The notes beneath the pieces are model-generated. The model saw only the letters and a list, made by a program, of their open reading frames with translations, did no database searches and was not told the origin of the DNA. The translations under genes and the position numbers were made by a program. Below are positions 28,010 through 38,459 of a DNA stretch of 64,000 nt, piece by piece. Position 1 is the stretch's first letter, and each line of letters begins with the position of its first letter. This DNA is from Pirellulales bacterium (GTDB lineage Bacteria; Planctomycetota; Planctomycetia; Pirellulales; JAICIG01). Location of the stretch: positions 191,943 to 255,942 of the forward strand of contig JBBDYJ010000025.1 in the NCBI GenBank assembly GCA_040901675.1, given 5' to 3'.

Positions 28010-28719
28010 CCAAACTGCTCGTCAGCGTTCGCTCGCTCGCCGAAGCACGCCTGGCCCTGGCCGCCGGCGTCGATTTGATCGACCTCAAGGAGCCGGCGCG
28101 CGGCTCGCTGGGCGCCCTCGACCCGGCCGTGGCGCGGCAAATCGTGCGCTCGCTCCGCGGGCGCGTCCCGCTCAGTGTGGCACTGGGCGAGCTGCTCGAG
28201 CTGCGCTCGCGCAGCCTCCGGCTGCCGGCGGGCGTCTCCTTCGCCAAGCTTGGCCTGGCCGGCTGTGCAAGCGCCGCAGATTGGCCTCGTGCCTGGCAAA
28301 GGGCCATCGAACGGCTTGGGCCGCAAGTGACACCCGTGGCGGTCATCTATGCCGATTGGCCGCGCGTGGCGGCCCCGGATCCGCAGCAGGTGTTCGACCA
28401 TGCCGTGCGGCTGCGGGCCGGCGCGCTGTTGATCGACACGTGCCTGAAGTCAGGCGACGACCTGCTCGTGCACGCCGGGCCCGGGCAATTGCAAGCCTGG
28501 ATCGAGGCGGCACGGCGGCAGTCGATGCCCAGCGTGGTCGCCGGCTCGTTGTCGGCCGCAACGATCCGGCGGCTGTTGCCTCTTGGCCCCGATTATATCG
28601 CGGTGCGGGGGGCGGCCTGCCGCGGGTCGCGGGCGGGGCCGCTCGACGGCCGGCGGCTGGAGTGCCTCGTCGACCTGGTGCGCGGGCCCCGCCGGGCGGC
28701 AGCCGAGCGATTTGCTTGA
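28006..28719 (+). CDS. mfnB: (5-formylfuran-3-yl)methyl phosphate synthase (methanofuran/methylofuran pathway, DUF556)
   Basis: LLVSVRS..EA, IDLKEPARGSLG, SVALGE, LIDTxxK, AGSL, DYIAVRGAAC. Confidence 0.8.
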   Translation: MTKLLVSVRSLAEARLALAAGVDLIDLKEPARGSLGALDPAVARQIVRSLRGRVPLSVALGELLELRSRSLRLPAGVSFAKLGLAGCASAADWPRAWQRAIERLGPQVTPVAVIYADWPRVAAPDPQQVFDHAVRLRAGALLIDTCLKSGDDLLVHAGPGQLQAWIEAARRQSMPSVVAGSLSAATIRRLLPLGPDYIAVRGAACRGSRAGPLDGRRLECLVDLVRGPRRAAAERFA

Positions 28720-28744
28720 CATTTTCGATTCTCGGCCAAATACT
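28716..28744 (+). promoter_or_regulatory. sigma-70-type promoter
   Basis: TTGACA-N17-AATACT before the small ORF at 28777. Confidence 0.5.
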
Positions 28745-28776
28745 CGACTGCATCGACTTGCCACAGGAGGAGTGCC

Positions 28777-28983
28777 GTGCCCAGCTCGGTGTTAGAAGCC
28801 ATCAAGATGGGGTTGTGGGACTTCGAGCCCCACGAAGCTCGCAGCCACGAATACGATTCGACCGAGGCGCTGCCCGGTTCGCGCGAAAAGCTCGACGTGC
28901 TGGCCGAGCGCGTCAGGCGGGGATTGCCGCTTTGGCATCAACGCGACCGCCGCGACTGCGAGGATATGGACGATCTCCACTAG
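28777..28983 (+). CDS. small hypothetical protein
   Basis: GGAGGAG RBS; TEALPGSREKLDVLAERVRRGLPLWH motif. Confidence 0.7.
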   Translation: MPSSVLEAIKMGLWDFEPHEARSHEYDSTEALPGSREKLDVLAERVRRGLPLWHQRDRRDCEDMDDLH

Positions 28984-29576
28984 CCCTCGCCGAACTGTCC
29001 GCGGATGCGGCCGGCGCCGCGGGCCATCCAGCGCTGATACACCGCGGTGGCAAACTCGATCATCCGCCGCCGCTGGGCTGGATCGGCCTCTGCGTACCGC
29101 TGCCGCACCTGCTCGACGAATTTCGCCGGCGCCGAGCCGACGCGATCGGCTAGTGGGGCGCCTCGGTTGGCTGCTACCAGGGGCCAGCCCATGACATGGT
29201 CGATCTCGGCGTCCAAGTAGGCGGTGCGGTCGGCCGGCGGCAGCGCGAAATAGACATCGACCTTGTCCAAGATCGAGACGTACATCAGCTCGCTGAGGTT
29301 GTCGAGAAATCGCTCCTGGTCCCTTGGCGAGAGCCTGTCGAAGTCGGCCTGCCAGTCGTAGCCTTCGCCCAGCCCCTGTTCCAGCCGCCGTGCCAACTCG
29401 AGCTTCGACGACCGCGGTTGATCGCTCAAGTCCTCCTTGGCCAGCCGCCGCCCCAGCCGGACATGGTCGATCACCTCGTCCCGGGGCAGATCCGACCGGA
29501 ATACCCGCGCCGCCGCGGCAAGCGAGATCGCCACCGCCAACACGAGCACCAGCGCCGATATCGAGTCTTTGACCAA
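28980..29576 (-). CDS. hypothetical protein with N-terminal membrane anchor
   Basis: hydrophobic N-terminus followed by a helical charged domain. Confidence 0.65.
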   Translation of the reverse strand: MVKDSISALVLVLAVAISLAAAARVFRSDLPRDEVIDHVRLGRRLAKEDLSDQPRSSKLELARRLEQGLGEGYDWQADFDRLSPRDQERFLDNLSELMYVSILDKVDVYFALPPADRTAYLDAEIDHVMGWPLVAANRGAPLADRVGSAPAKFVEQVRQRYAEADPAQRRRMIEFATAVYQRWMARGAGRIRGQFGEG

Positions 29577-29677
29577 CGACCGCGTCCTATGTTAAGTTGT
29601 CCGCTCGGCAGATGACCGGCAAAGTTGCCCCGCACGAAGCGCCCGCCCGGTCCCCCGGCGCAAACCACCGATTCTCC

Positions 29678-31873
29678 ATGAGGATGACCAGGATGCAGTT
29701 CGCCTCAATTATCGTCGTCTGTTTGCTCTGTTGCCAGGCCGAGCAGCGCCCGTCGGCCGGCACCGCGGAACAAGGCAACGATCCACAGCGCCCCTCGCCG
29801 GATGAAGCAGCCGAACAGGGCCGGGAAAAACCGGGGGAAGCGGCCCCCGCGGCGCTTCGTTGGCGCGAGCAGGCGGCGCCACTGGTCGATGTCGCTCCCA
29901 ACCGCGTCCAAGACGAGCGCGCTCGGTCAGCCGCCGAGCTGCTGGCCGCGGCCCTGGCCTCGCCCGAAGGGGCTGACTTGAAAGGCACCCCTGCCACGCT
30001 GCTGGAGCTTCTGTCGCCCCTGGCCGACCGGGGCCATCAGATCGAGGTCACCCATGCGTACTGGGAGCTGTCGGCGGCCATTGCCCAATACAAGATCGGG
30101 CTCGAAGAAGCGGGCCGGCTTGAAGAAATGAAGGGCGCGGCTTCCACGGAGCAGGACGCCGTCGATGCCGCTCAGTTGGCCGCCGAGCTGGCGGCCGCCG
30201 AAGCGCACTTGAACGAGGCGGAGCTCGGCATCGCGGCGGCCCAGCACGAGCTGGCCCAGGTCGCACGCTTGAGGGCAGGGCAGCCGTTGCCATTGCCGGT
30301 GGATGTGCCCCATGCCGGCGCCTATCGCACGTATTTTCAGGAGATTTACGCCGGCAAGGCCGCCCCTCCCCGTGCTTTTCTGATCGATCGTTCGCTACCG
30401 CTGTTGTTGCGCTCGCTGGAGGCCCGAGCAGCCGCCGTCCAAGCCTCGGTCGACGCCGCCGATGCCGCGCTGGAAGCCTGGCGCGAGGGCCGCCTGCAAT
30501 TGCCCCAGGTCCTTGCCGCCACGAGCGAACTGAGCCGCCAGCGGCGGGCGTTCATCGCCACGGCGCGGTCGTACAATCGCGACATCGCCGAATACGCATT
30601 GAGCATCGCCCCGCCGGGACTCGCGGGCCCTGAGCTGGTCGCCATGCTGATCAAGCCGTCGTCGGCCGGCGCTGCTCGCCGGCAGCCGTCGGCCGCCGAG
30701 CAACCCGGAGGCGTCGAACGAGCCGGTTTCAATCAGCCGCTGCCGGGCGATCCCTTCAACCAGCCGCGCCGCGAGCCCACCTTGGCGCCTCCGCGTGGTC
30801 CTGATTCAACCGAGGAGAATCGCCCCAGCTCGCAGAAGGAGGGCCGGATCGAGATTGGCGACCCCGCGGCCGACAGCGATACGGACGCGGACGCCGATGG
30901 CGACGAATCCCAAGATGAGCCCGCGAGCGAGTCCGATTCGGACGCGGACCCGGACCAGTCGTCCGCGAGCGCCCCGGCGCAGACCGATCAGCGATCGTCG
31001 GCAGGCCAGGGCCGTCGCGCCCTGCGCGCACCGCGCGGGACCGATCTGGCGGAAGCCGACACGCTGGGACTCTACGACGCGCTAGGCGACTTGAAGCCGG
31101 CCCGCCGCGCCCAGCAGCTCGCTTCGCTGCTCCACTGGGACCGCGACCTGCCCGGCCAGGACGCCTCGCAGCTCGATCTGGCAGCCTCTCTGTCCTGGGC
31201 CGCCGGCCTCGATCGCCGCGTGATAATCGAGTCGTACTGGCAGGCCCGCCAGCGGGCCGCCGAGTATCAGCTCGCCTCGCAGCGGGCCGAGCAGTTGGCC
31301 GGCCTTGGCGCGGCCGCGCTGCGCCATCGCCAGGTCGACGGCCCGGAGGCCATGCTGCGTCTGAGGGCGGCCCAACTGGCGAGCGAGGCCGACCGGGCGG
31401 ACGCACACGTCAGCCTGGCCGCCAGCCAGTTTGCACTGCTGGTCTCGGGCCGGCAGCCGTTGGGCGGTCCTTGGCCGTTGCCCAGCACCCCGCCGCACGC
31501 GGGCAGCTACCGGCTCAAGCTGGAGGCCCAGCCGCAAAGCCTCGTCGAGTCGCCCCCCGTCCAGCGCGCGGCGAACACCATCCCCGCCCTGCACGAACTG
31601 CTCGAGCAGCGGGCCACCACCGTTGTGGCGGCCGATCGAGCGCGGGCGCACATCACTCGGCAGTACGAGTCGTCGGGGCGCTCGCTCGACCGGGTGCTCC
31701 AAGCGATCCGGCGGCAGTCGGACGAATCGCTCGCCTTCCTTGCCGCACAAACCAGGTACAATCTCGGCATCGCCGACTATGTGCTGGCCGTGCTCTCGCC
31801 CGAAAAGCCCGCCGATGTCATACTGAAGGCCCTGGTGGTGTCCAAGCCGCCCCAGGCCGCGGGCCAACGATAG
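29678..31873 (+). CDS. secreted helical protein with two homologous halves (remote TolC/OEP-like)
   Basis: signal peptide; duplicated YW..Y, P.PLP...PHAG.YR and YN..IA.Y.L motifs around an acidic linker; start uncertain. Confidence 0.7.
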   Translation: MRMTRMQFASIIVVCLLCCQAEQRPSAGTAEQGNDPQRPSPDEAAEQGREKPGEAAPAALRWREQAAPLVDVAPNRVQDERARSAAELLAAALASPEGADLKGTPATLLELLSPLADRGHQIEVTHAYWELSAAIAQYKIGLEEAGRLEEMKGAASTEQDAVDAAQLAAELAAAEAHLNEAELGIAAAQHELAQVARLRAGQPLPLPVDVPHAGAYRTYFQEIYAGKAAPPRAFLIDRSLPLLLRSLEARAAAVQASVDAADAALEAWREGRLQLPQVLAATSELSRQRRAFIATARSYNRDIAEYALSIAPPGLAGPELVAMLIKPSSAGAARRQPSAAEQPGGVERAGFNQPLPGDPFNQPRREPTLAPPRGPDSTEENRPSSQKEGRIEIGDPAADSDTDADADGDESQDEPASESDSDADPDQSSASAPAQTDQRSSAGQGRRALRAPRGTDLAEADTLGLYDALGDLKPARRAQQLASLLHWDRDLPGQDASQLDLAASLSWAAGLDRRVIIESYWQARQRAAEYQLASQRAEQLAGLGAAALRHRQVDGPEAMLRLRAAQLASEADRADAHVSLAASQFALLVSGRQPLGGPWPLPSTPPHAGSYRLKLEAQPQSLVESPPVQRAANTIPALHELLEQRATTVVAADRARAHITRQYESSGRSLDRVLQAIRRQSDESLAFLAAQTRYNLGIADYVLAVLSPEKPADVILKALVVSKPPQAAGQR

Positions 31874-31966
31874 CGCCCCGATCGCTCCGGCGACGTTGAA
31901 AGCGCACCGGGGCAAGCGGATCGGCTCCGTTCTCCTCGACCCCGTTCATCCGGCATCTCGATTCAT

Positions 31967-33022
31967 ATGTCACCCCTCGCCAGTACCGTTCTGCCCCAGC
32001 GGCCGTTGCGTCCGGCCCCTCTGCACATCGGCCCGCTGCTGGTCGATCCGCCGCTGTTGCAGGCGCCGATGGCCGGGTTCACCAATTACGCCTTTCGGCA
32101 GATCGTACGGCAGTTCGGCGGCGTGGGCTTGCAAGCCACCGAGATGATCAGCGCCCGCGGCTTCCTGGCCATCGACGAGCGGCTACAGGAATTTCCCGAT
32201 CGGCTTTGGGGCGTTCACGACGAGCCCAGGCCCTTGGCCGTTCAAATCTGGGACAACGATCCGGCCGCCATGGCCGCCGTGGGCGCTCGCCTGGCCCACG
32301 AGCTGCGCGTCAGCGTGGTGGACATCAATTTCGGCTGCCCCGTCAAGCAAGTGACCGTGGCCGCCCACAGCGGTTCCTACCTGCTGCGCGATCCCCAGCG
32401 CGTGGGGGCCATTGTCGAGCGGGTCGTTGCGGCCTGCGCGCCGACGCCCGTCACCGCCAAGATCCGGCTGGGTTGCACGCGCGACAACATCACCGCCGTC
32501 GAAATCGCCCAGGTCGTCGAATCGGCCGGAGCCGCCGCGCTCACCGTGCATGGCCGCACTGCCCAGGACTTTTTCAAGGGATCGGCCGACTGGGACCGCA
32601 TCTCGGCCTTGAAGGGGCACTTGAAGCGGATCCCGCTGATCGGCAACGGCGACCTCGATTCACCAGAAAAAGTGGTCGAGGCTTTCGCCCGCTACGACGT
32701 AGACGGCGTGATGATCGCGCGTGCGGCCCTGGGCAAGCCGTGGTTGTTTCGCCAGGCCCAGGCGGCCTTGGAGGGCCGCCCGGTTCCGCCCGATCCGACA
32801 CTCGCCGAGGAGCGTGATCTGCTGATGCACCATTACCGGCTGGTTGTCGAGCGCTTCGGCGAGGAAAAGGCGACGGTGCTGATGCGCAAATTTGCCTGCT
32901 GCTACGCCCAGGGCCGGCCCGGCGCCCGGGAGTTCCGGACCCACGCCTCGCGGGTGACCACGCCGGCGGATTTCTATCGGGTGGTCGAGCAGTACTTTCC
33001 CAGCCTCTCCTCCGCCTTGTAG
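31967..33022 (+). CDS. dusB: tRNA-dihydrouridine synthase
   Basis: APMAGFTN, DINFGCP, KIRLG, VHGRT, GNGD, GVMIAR. Confidence 0.9.
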   Translation: MSPLASTVLPQRPLRPAPLHIGPLLVDPPLLQAPMAGFTNYAFRQIVRQFGGVGLQATEMISARGFLAIDERLQEFPDRLWGVHDEPRPLAVQIWDNDPAAMAAVGARLAHELRVSVVDINFGCPVKQVTVAAHSGSYLLRDPQRVGAIVERVVAACAPTPVTAKIRLGCTRDNITAVEIAQVVESAGAAALTVHGRTAQDFFKGSADWDRISALKGHLKRIPLIGNGDLDSPEKVVEAFARYDVDGVMIARAALGKPWLFRQAQAALEGRPVPPDPTLAEERDLLMHHYRLVVERFGEEKATVLMRKFACCYAQGRPGAREFRTHASRVTTPADFYRVVEQYFPSLSSAL

Positions 33023-33150
33023 CCCGCGAAGCGGGCGGCAGTCAATAGCCGTGGGCGTAAGCCCACGGTTCCCAGCCCGACAAGTCTGTTTTCAGCCCCC
33101 GAAGGGGGCGACAGCAAGGCGAGTCATGCTATCTAACGCCTGTCGCCGCT
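33019..33150. repeat. cluster of short palindromes (REP/MITE-like; possible terminator)
   Basis: GTAGCCCGCGAAGCGGGC, CCGTGGGCGTAAGCCCACGG, GCCCCCGAAGGGGGC, and GGCGACAG..CTGTCGCC. Confidence 0.7.
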
Positions 33151-33178
33151 TGGCTTTATATATTTTTCGCATATTCCA

Positions 33179-33206
33179 TTGCCAAAAATGCAACAATTGA
33201 TATGAT
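33179..33206 (+). promoter_or_regulatory. sigma-70-type promoter of the suf operon
   Basis: TTGCCA-N16-TATGAT in an AT-rich patch. Confidence 0.5.
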
Positions 33207-33242
33207 TCTCATTGGTGGATAACTAGTTTTGCGGGAGCTGCG

Positions 33243-33866
33243 ATGAGCACCGTATCCGAAACGTCCGACGCCCAATTGGTCGACTTGTTGCGCCAGCAGG
33301 GCTCCTTGAGCATCGCCCAAATCGCTGATGCCATGGGGGTTACGCCCACTGCCGTTCGTCAGCGGCTGAGCCGGCTGATGGTGCAGGGGTTGGTTGAGCG
33401 GAGCCTGGCTGACCGAGGGGCGGCCCGCGGCCGTCCGGGCCACCTGTATTCGTTGACCGAAAGGGCACGCCGGCAGGCCGGTTCGAACTACGGTGACCTA
33501 GCCATGATGCTCTGGGAGGAGATCCGTTCGGTCAAGGACCCCGCAGTCCGCCGGGGGCTGTTCGAGCGGATCGCCGGGGCGATGGCCAGGCTCTACGCCG
33601 GTCAGGTTCAAGGCGTGGGCGCGGTGGCCCGGATGGAATCGGTGAAGCGGCTGTTCGCTGATCGGCAGGTACCAATGCGGGTCGATGGCACGCCCGAGCA
33701 GCCGGTGCTGACCGTGTTGGACTGCCCCTACACGGAACTGGCCGAGCGGGATCGCGGAATCTGTGCCGTGGAGAAGATGTTGTTCGCCGAGTTGCTGGCA
33801 GCTCCGGTGCGTCTCTCGCAATGCCGGTTGGAAGGCCACAACTGCTGCCAGTTCGAAACCAATTGA
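33243..33866 (+). CDS. sufR: SufR-like Fe-S-binding transcriptional regulator
   Basis: wHTH ([15 protein letters not shown]) plus C-terminal CPY..ICAVE..C..CC; heads the suf genes. Confidence 0.8.
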   Translation: MSTVSETSDAQLVDLLRQQGSLSIAQIADAMGVTPTAVRQRLSRLMVQGLVERSLADRGAARGRPGHLYSLTERARRQAGSNYGDLAMMLWEEIRSVKDPAVRRGLFERIAGAMARLYAGQVQGVGAVARMESVKRLFADRQVPMRVDGTPEQPVLTVLDCPYTELAERDRGICAVEKMLFAELLAAPVRLSQCRLEGHNCCQFETN

Positions 33867-33955
33867 AACTCCGCCGCTTATGCCTACACTCATCAGTTTC
33901 ACTGTTACTTCGTGATGCACGCACCGGACAACATTCAGGAGCGGACGACCGAAAC

Positions 33956-34567
33956 ATGACCAAGCCTTGGATTGAAGGGCGATTCGAAGAGAACGCGTTC
34001 ACGACCACGGTCGAACAGGCCATTAACTGGGCGCGGCAGTCCAGTATCTGGCCCATGACGTTCGGCCTGGCCTGCTGTGCCATCGAAATGATGGCCACCG
34101 GCGCCAGCCGTTACGACATCGACCGCTTTGGTGCGGGCGCGTTCCGGGCCACGCCGCGGCAGGCCGACCTGATGATCGTGGCCGGCACGGTCACCTACAA
34201 GATGGCCAGCCGCGTTCGCCGGCTTTACAATCTGATGCCCGACCCGAAGTTCGTGATCGCCATGGGCGCCTGCACGGTGGGCGGCGGGCCGTACTTCAAG
34301 TGGGGCTATCACGTCTGCAAGGGCGTGGACCTCGTGGTGCCGGTCGACGTGTACGTGCCCGGCTGCCCGCCGCGGCCGGAGGCGCTGCTGGAGGGTTTGA
34401 TGCGGGTCCAGGACAAGATCAAGGGACACCGCATCGCCAGGGGGCCGGCTGCCGACGGGGCGGCCAGGCTGCAGTTGGACGATGAGCTGCCCATCCCGCA
34501 CCACTCCGGTTACGTGGCCGTCGAAGAGCGGCAGCCCTTGTTTGACCATCAAAAGATCACCGGCTGA
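33956..34567 (+). CDS. nuoB: NADH-quinone oxidoreductase subunit B
   Basis: [43 protein letters not shown]. Confidence 0.92.
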   Translation: MTKPWIEGRFEENAFTTTVEQAINWARQSSIWPMTFGLACCAIEMMATGASRYDIDRFGAGAFRATPRQADLMIVAGTVTYKMASRVRRLYNLMPDPKFVIAMGACTVGGGPYFKWGYHVCKGVDLVVPVDVYVPGCPPRPEALLEGLMRVQDKIKGHRIARGPAADGAARLQLDDELPIPHHSGYVAVEERQPLFDHQKITG

Positions 34568-34586
34568 GAGAATCCGACGAGAACAA

Positions 34587-35432
34587 ATGACTGATACGCT
34601 GACCATTTCCGATCTGCACGTCGCCGTCGAGGGCAAGAGCATCCTCAAGGGGGTGGATCTTGTCATCGCGCGGGGCGAAACGCATGCCCTGATGGGTCCC
34701 AACGGCTCGGGCAAGAGCACCTTGGGATTTGTCATCATGGGACACCCCGGCTACGAGGTGACCCAGGGCAGCATCGAGCTCAACGGCGCCGACGTCTTGG
34801 CGATGGAGCCCAACCAGCGGGCCCGCGCCGGCATCTTTTTGGCCTTCCAGCGGCCGATGTCGATCCCGGGGGTCAAAATGGCCGATTTCCTCCGGCACGC
34901 CGCCACCAACGTCCGCCGGCCCACCCGCAAGGAAGGCGAAGAGCTGATTCCCATGCGCGAGTTCCGCAAGGAGCTCAAAGAAAAAATGGCACAGCTCCGC
35001 ATGGACCCGGAGTTCGCCCGCCGCTACGTCAACGACGGCTTCTCCGGCGGAGAGATGAAGCGGGCCGAGATCCTGCAAATGGCCATGCTCTGCCCCAAGT
35101 TCGCCATCCTCGACGAAACCGACAGCGGCCTGGATGCCGACGCCGTCCGGCTGGCCAGCCAGAGCATTGCCGAGATCGGCGGCGACCAGATGGGCATCCT
35201 GATCATCACCCACCACGACAAGCTGCTCGAACACAACACGCCCGACTTTACTCACGTGATGCTGGGAGGCCGCATCGTCGAAACCGGTGGACCGAATTTG
35301 CCCACCAGTGGCCCGGAACTTGCCGCCGAGTTGCACCAGCACGGTTACGACCGGATCAGGGCGGCCCATCCCGAGGCGGCCGCCGACGAAGAAGCAATGA
35401 AAGAAAAGCAGGCAGTTCCGCAGGCCGTTTAA
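34587..35432 (+). CDS. sufC: Fe-S cluster assembly ATPase SufC
   Basis: [39 protein letters not shown]. Confidence 0.95.
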   Translation: MTDTLTISDLHVAVEGKSILKGVDLVIARGETHALMGPNGSGKSTLGFVIMGHPGYEVTQGSIELNGADVLAMEPNQRARAGIFLAFQRPMSIPGVKMADFLRHAATNVRRPTRKEGEELIPMREFRKELKEKMAQLRMDPEFARRYVNDGFSGGEMKRAEILQMAMLCPKFAILDETDSGLDADAVRLASQSIAEIGGDQMGILIITHHDKLLEHNTPDFTHVMLGGRIVETGGPNLPTSGPELAAELHQHGYDRIRAAHPEAAADEEAMKEKQAVPQAV

Positions 35433-35479
35433 GGCCTCGCCACGAACACCAGGCACGCAAAAGCACCGAAGGACCCATC

Positions 35480-36895
35480 ATGGCCACCGACGCAAAAACC
35501 GAAAACTTCGAAGTCGGTCTGGGCGAAATCAATAAGTACGACTTTCGCAACGACGAGAAGTACATCTTCAAGAGCCGCAAGGGGCTCGATGCCCAGATTG
35601 TCCACCAAATCTCGGACATGAAGGACGAGCCCGACTGGATGCGCGATTTCCGGCTCAAGAGCCTGGAGATCTTCAACTCCAAGCCCACCCCCAAGTGGGG
35701 CGGCAAGATCGACCTCGATTTCCAGGACATCTACTACTACATCAAGCCCTCGGACCACCAGGGACGCACCTGGGACGACGTGCCCGAGGATATCAAGACC
35801 ACGTTCGACAAGCTGGGCATCCCCGAAGCCGAGAAAAAGTTCCTGGCCGGCGTCAAGGCCCAGTACGAGAGCGAGGTGGTCTACGGCTCGCTGCGCGAGG
35901 ACCTCTCGGCGCAAGGCGTGATCTTCACCGACACCGACTCGGCCATCCGGGAGCACCCGGACCTGGTGCGGAAGTACTTCAGCACGATCATCCCGCCCAG
36001 CGACAACAAGTTCGCCGCTTTGAACTCGGCCGTCTGGTCGGGCGGCTCGTTCATCTACGTGCCCAAGGGCGTCCGCATCGACTTCCCGCTGCAAGCCTAT
36101 TTCCGCATCAACGCCGAGAGCATGGGCCAGTTCGAGCGGACGCTGATCATCGTCGACGAGGGCGCGCAGGTCCACTACGTCGAAGGCTGCACCGCGCCCA
36201 TGTATACCACCGAGAGCCTGCACTCGGCGGTGGTCGAGATCATCGTCAACAAGCACGCCCGCTGCCGTTACACCACCATCCAGAACTGGGCCAACAACAT
36301 CTACAACCTGGTGACCAAGCGGGCCGTGGCCTACGAGGACGCCGTCATGGAATGGATCGACGGCAACCTGGGCAGCCGCCTGACCATGAAGTACCCGGCC
36401 GTCTACATGATGGAGCCGGGCGCCCGCGGCGAAATCCTCTCCATCGCCTTCGCCTCGGCCGGGCAGCACCAGGACGCCGGCGCCAAGCTCGTGCACTGCG
36501 CGCCGCACACCTCGGGCCGCATCATCTCCAAGTCGATCTCCAAGAACGGCGGCCGGGCCAGCTACCGCGGACTGGTCAAGGTCGAGCCCGGCGCCAAGAA
36601 GGCCAAGTCGAGCGTGGTCTGCGACGCCTTGATCCTCGACTCCAAGAGCCGCAGCGACACCTACCCCTACATCGAAATCGACGAGCAGGATGTCACCGTC
36701 GGCCACGAGGCCAGCGTCTCGCGGATCGGCGAGGAGCAACTGTTCTATCTCACCAGCCGCGGCCTGTCCGAGCCGGAAGCCAGCACCATGATCGTCAGCG
36801 GCTTTATCGAGCCGTTGGTCAGGGAGCTTCCCATGGAGTACGCCGTCGAGATGAATCGTCTGATCGAACTGCAGATGGAGGGCTCGGTCGGCTGA
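35480..36895 (+). CDS. sufB: Fe-S cluster assembly protein SufB
   Basis: [29 protein letters not shown]-terminal MEGSVG. Confidence 0.95.
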   Translation: MATDAKTENFEVGLGEINKYDFRNDEKYIFKSRKGLDAQIVHQISDMKDEPDWMRDFRLKSLEIFNSKPTPKWGGKIDLDFQDIYYYIKPSDHQGRTWDDVPEDIKTTFDKLGIPEAEKKFLAGVKAQYESEVVYGSLREDLSAQGVIFTDTDSAIREHPDLVRKYFSTIIPPSDNKFAALNSAVWSGGSFIYVPKGVRIDFPLQAYFRINAESMGQFERTLIIVDEGAQVHYVEGCTAPMYTTESLHSAVVEIIVNKHARCRYTTIQNWANNIYNLVTKRAVAYEDAVMEWIDGNLGSRLTMKYPAVYMMEPGARGEILSIAFASAGQHQDAGAKLVHCAPHTSGRIISKSISKNGGRASYRGLVKVEPGAKKAKSSVVCDALILDSKSRSDTYPYIEIDEQDVTVGHEASVSRIGEEQLFYLTSRGLSEPEASTMIVSGFIEPLVRELPMEYAVEMNRLIELQMEGSVG

Positions 36896-36898
36896 TGA

Positions 36899-37076
36899 AG
36901 GCCTGAGGCTGTAGGCCTGAGGCTGTAGGCCTGAGGCTGTAGGACGAGTTGGCTTCGGGTGCCTGGGGCAAAGCGTTAAGCGTGCCCCAGTGACTGTAGG
37001 CCTGAGGCTGTAGGCCTGAGACTGTAGGACGAATTGGCGCTTGGGTGCCTGGGGCAAAGCGTTAAGCGTGTCCCAG
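36899..37076 (+). repeat. composite repeat: (GGCCTGAGGCTGTA)n plus two family-A palindromes, about 86-bp duplication
   Basis: GGGTGCCTGGGGCAAAGCGTTAAGCGTG(C/T)CCCAG at 36957 and 37043, each preceded by 14-bp tandem units. Confidence 0.9.
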
Positions 37077-37096
37077 CCCTGCTTAGAATGGAATTC

Positions 37097-38401
37097 ATGA
37101 CGCAAACCGCAACCGGGCTCGGCTTCACGCCGGCCGCCTTCGAGTCGTTGATCGCCTCGCGCCAGGAGCCGTCCTGGCTGGTCGACCTGCGTGCCGAAGC
37201 CTGGCAAGCCTTCCAGGAGCTGGACTTCCCCGACCGGCGGCAGGAAGAATGGATGCGGACCGACATCCGGCTGTTCCGGCTGGACCGGTTCGCGCCGCCC
37301 GGCGATCTGCCGTCCGGGGCCGCCGCGCCCCCGCCGCTCTTGGCCCAGGGCGTCGACCTGGCCGGGCAGACTTCCTCGCTCAACAGCCGCCATCTCGACG
37401 CCCGGCTGGATGAATCCCTGGCCCGGCAAGGAGTTTTGTTCGGCAGCCTCGAAGACCTTGTGCTCCAGCATGGCGAGCGGCTGCGGCCTTACTTGTTCCA
37501 GGCCGTCCACCCAAAGGTCGACAAGTTCGCGGCCCTGCACGGCGCGTTCTGGTCCGGCGGCAGCCTGCTCTACGTGCCGCGCGGCGTGGTGATCGAGCGG
37601 CCTCTGCACGTGTTGTCGGCACTGGCGGGGGGCGCGGTCGATTTCAGCCACGCGCTGGTGGTTCTTGAAGACGGGGCCGAAGCCACGCTGGTGGCGGAGA
37701 CGGCCGGCGACGACCAGCCCAGCCTGCACTGCGGCTCGATCGAGCTGGTGTTGGGCGCGGGCGCGCGGCTGCGCTACGTCAACTTGCAGAACTGGGGCCG
37801 CGGCACCTGGCATTTTGCCCATCAAAAGGCGCTGGTCGGCCGCGACGCCGCGCTGCAGTGGACCATCGGCGCGCTGGGCAGCCGCCTGGCCAAGGTCAAC
37901 CAGCACGTGGGGCTGGTGGGCGAAGGGGCCGACGTGCAGGTCAACGGCGTGATGTTCACCGAGGGGAAGCAGCACTTGTCGTACCACACGCTGCAGCACC
38001 ATCATGCGCCCCACTGCCGCAGCGACTTGCTGTACAAGGGCGCCTTGCAGGACGAATCGCGCGTGGTCTGGCGAGGCATGATCAAGGTCGATCCAGGCGC
38101 TCAGAAGACCAACGCCTATCAGCGCGACGACAACCTGATGCTCTCCGAGCATTCCCGCGCAGACTCGATTCCGGGGCTGGAAATCCAGGCCGACGACGTG
38201 ATCTGCACCCACGGGGCGACTGCCGGCCGGGTGGACGACAGCCAGGTGTTCTATGCCCGCTGCCGCGGGCTGACGCGCAAGGAAGCCGTGCGGATGATCG
38301 TGGCCGGCTTTTTCCAGCAGGTCTTCGACCGCATCACGATCGAGAGCGTGCGGGAAGCCCTGGGAGAAGCCATCGGCAGGCGGATCCGGGAGTACGAGTG
38401 A
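37097..38401 (+). CDS. sufD: Fe-S cluster assembly protein SufD
   Basis: EEWMRTD, PGLEIQADDVICTHGAT, paralogous to SufB. Confidence 0.92.
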   Translation: MTQTATGLGFTPAAFESLIASRQEPSWLVDLRAEAWQAFQELDFPDRRQEEWMRTDIRLFRLDRFAPPGDLPSGAAAPPPLLAQGVDLAGQTSSLNSRHLDARLDESLARQGVLFGSLEDLVLQHGERLRPYLFQAVHPKVDKFAALHGAFWSGGSLLYVPRGVVIERPLHVLSALAGGAVDFSHALVVLEDGAEATLVAETAGDDQPSLHCGSIELVLGAGARLRYVNLQNWGRGTWHFAHQKALVGRDAALQWTIGALGSRLAKVNQHVGLVGEGADVQVNGVMFTEGKQHLSYHTLQHHHAPHCRSDLLYKGALQDESRVVWRGMIKVDPGAQKTNAYQRDDNLMLSEHSRADSIPGLEIQADDVICTHGATAGRVDDSQVFYARCRGLTRKEAVRMIVAGFFQQVFDRITIESVREALGEAIGRRIREYE

Positions 38402-38459
38402 GCCTTCGGACTTCGGCCCGGCGGCAAACACCGGTTCCATTTTGGAAGAGCAACCATCG

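Noticed and set aside
36899..37076. CRISPR mini-array of 34-bp palindromes
   Set aside because: The intervening sequence is itself repetitive and duplicated, and copies are dispersed singly elsewhere
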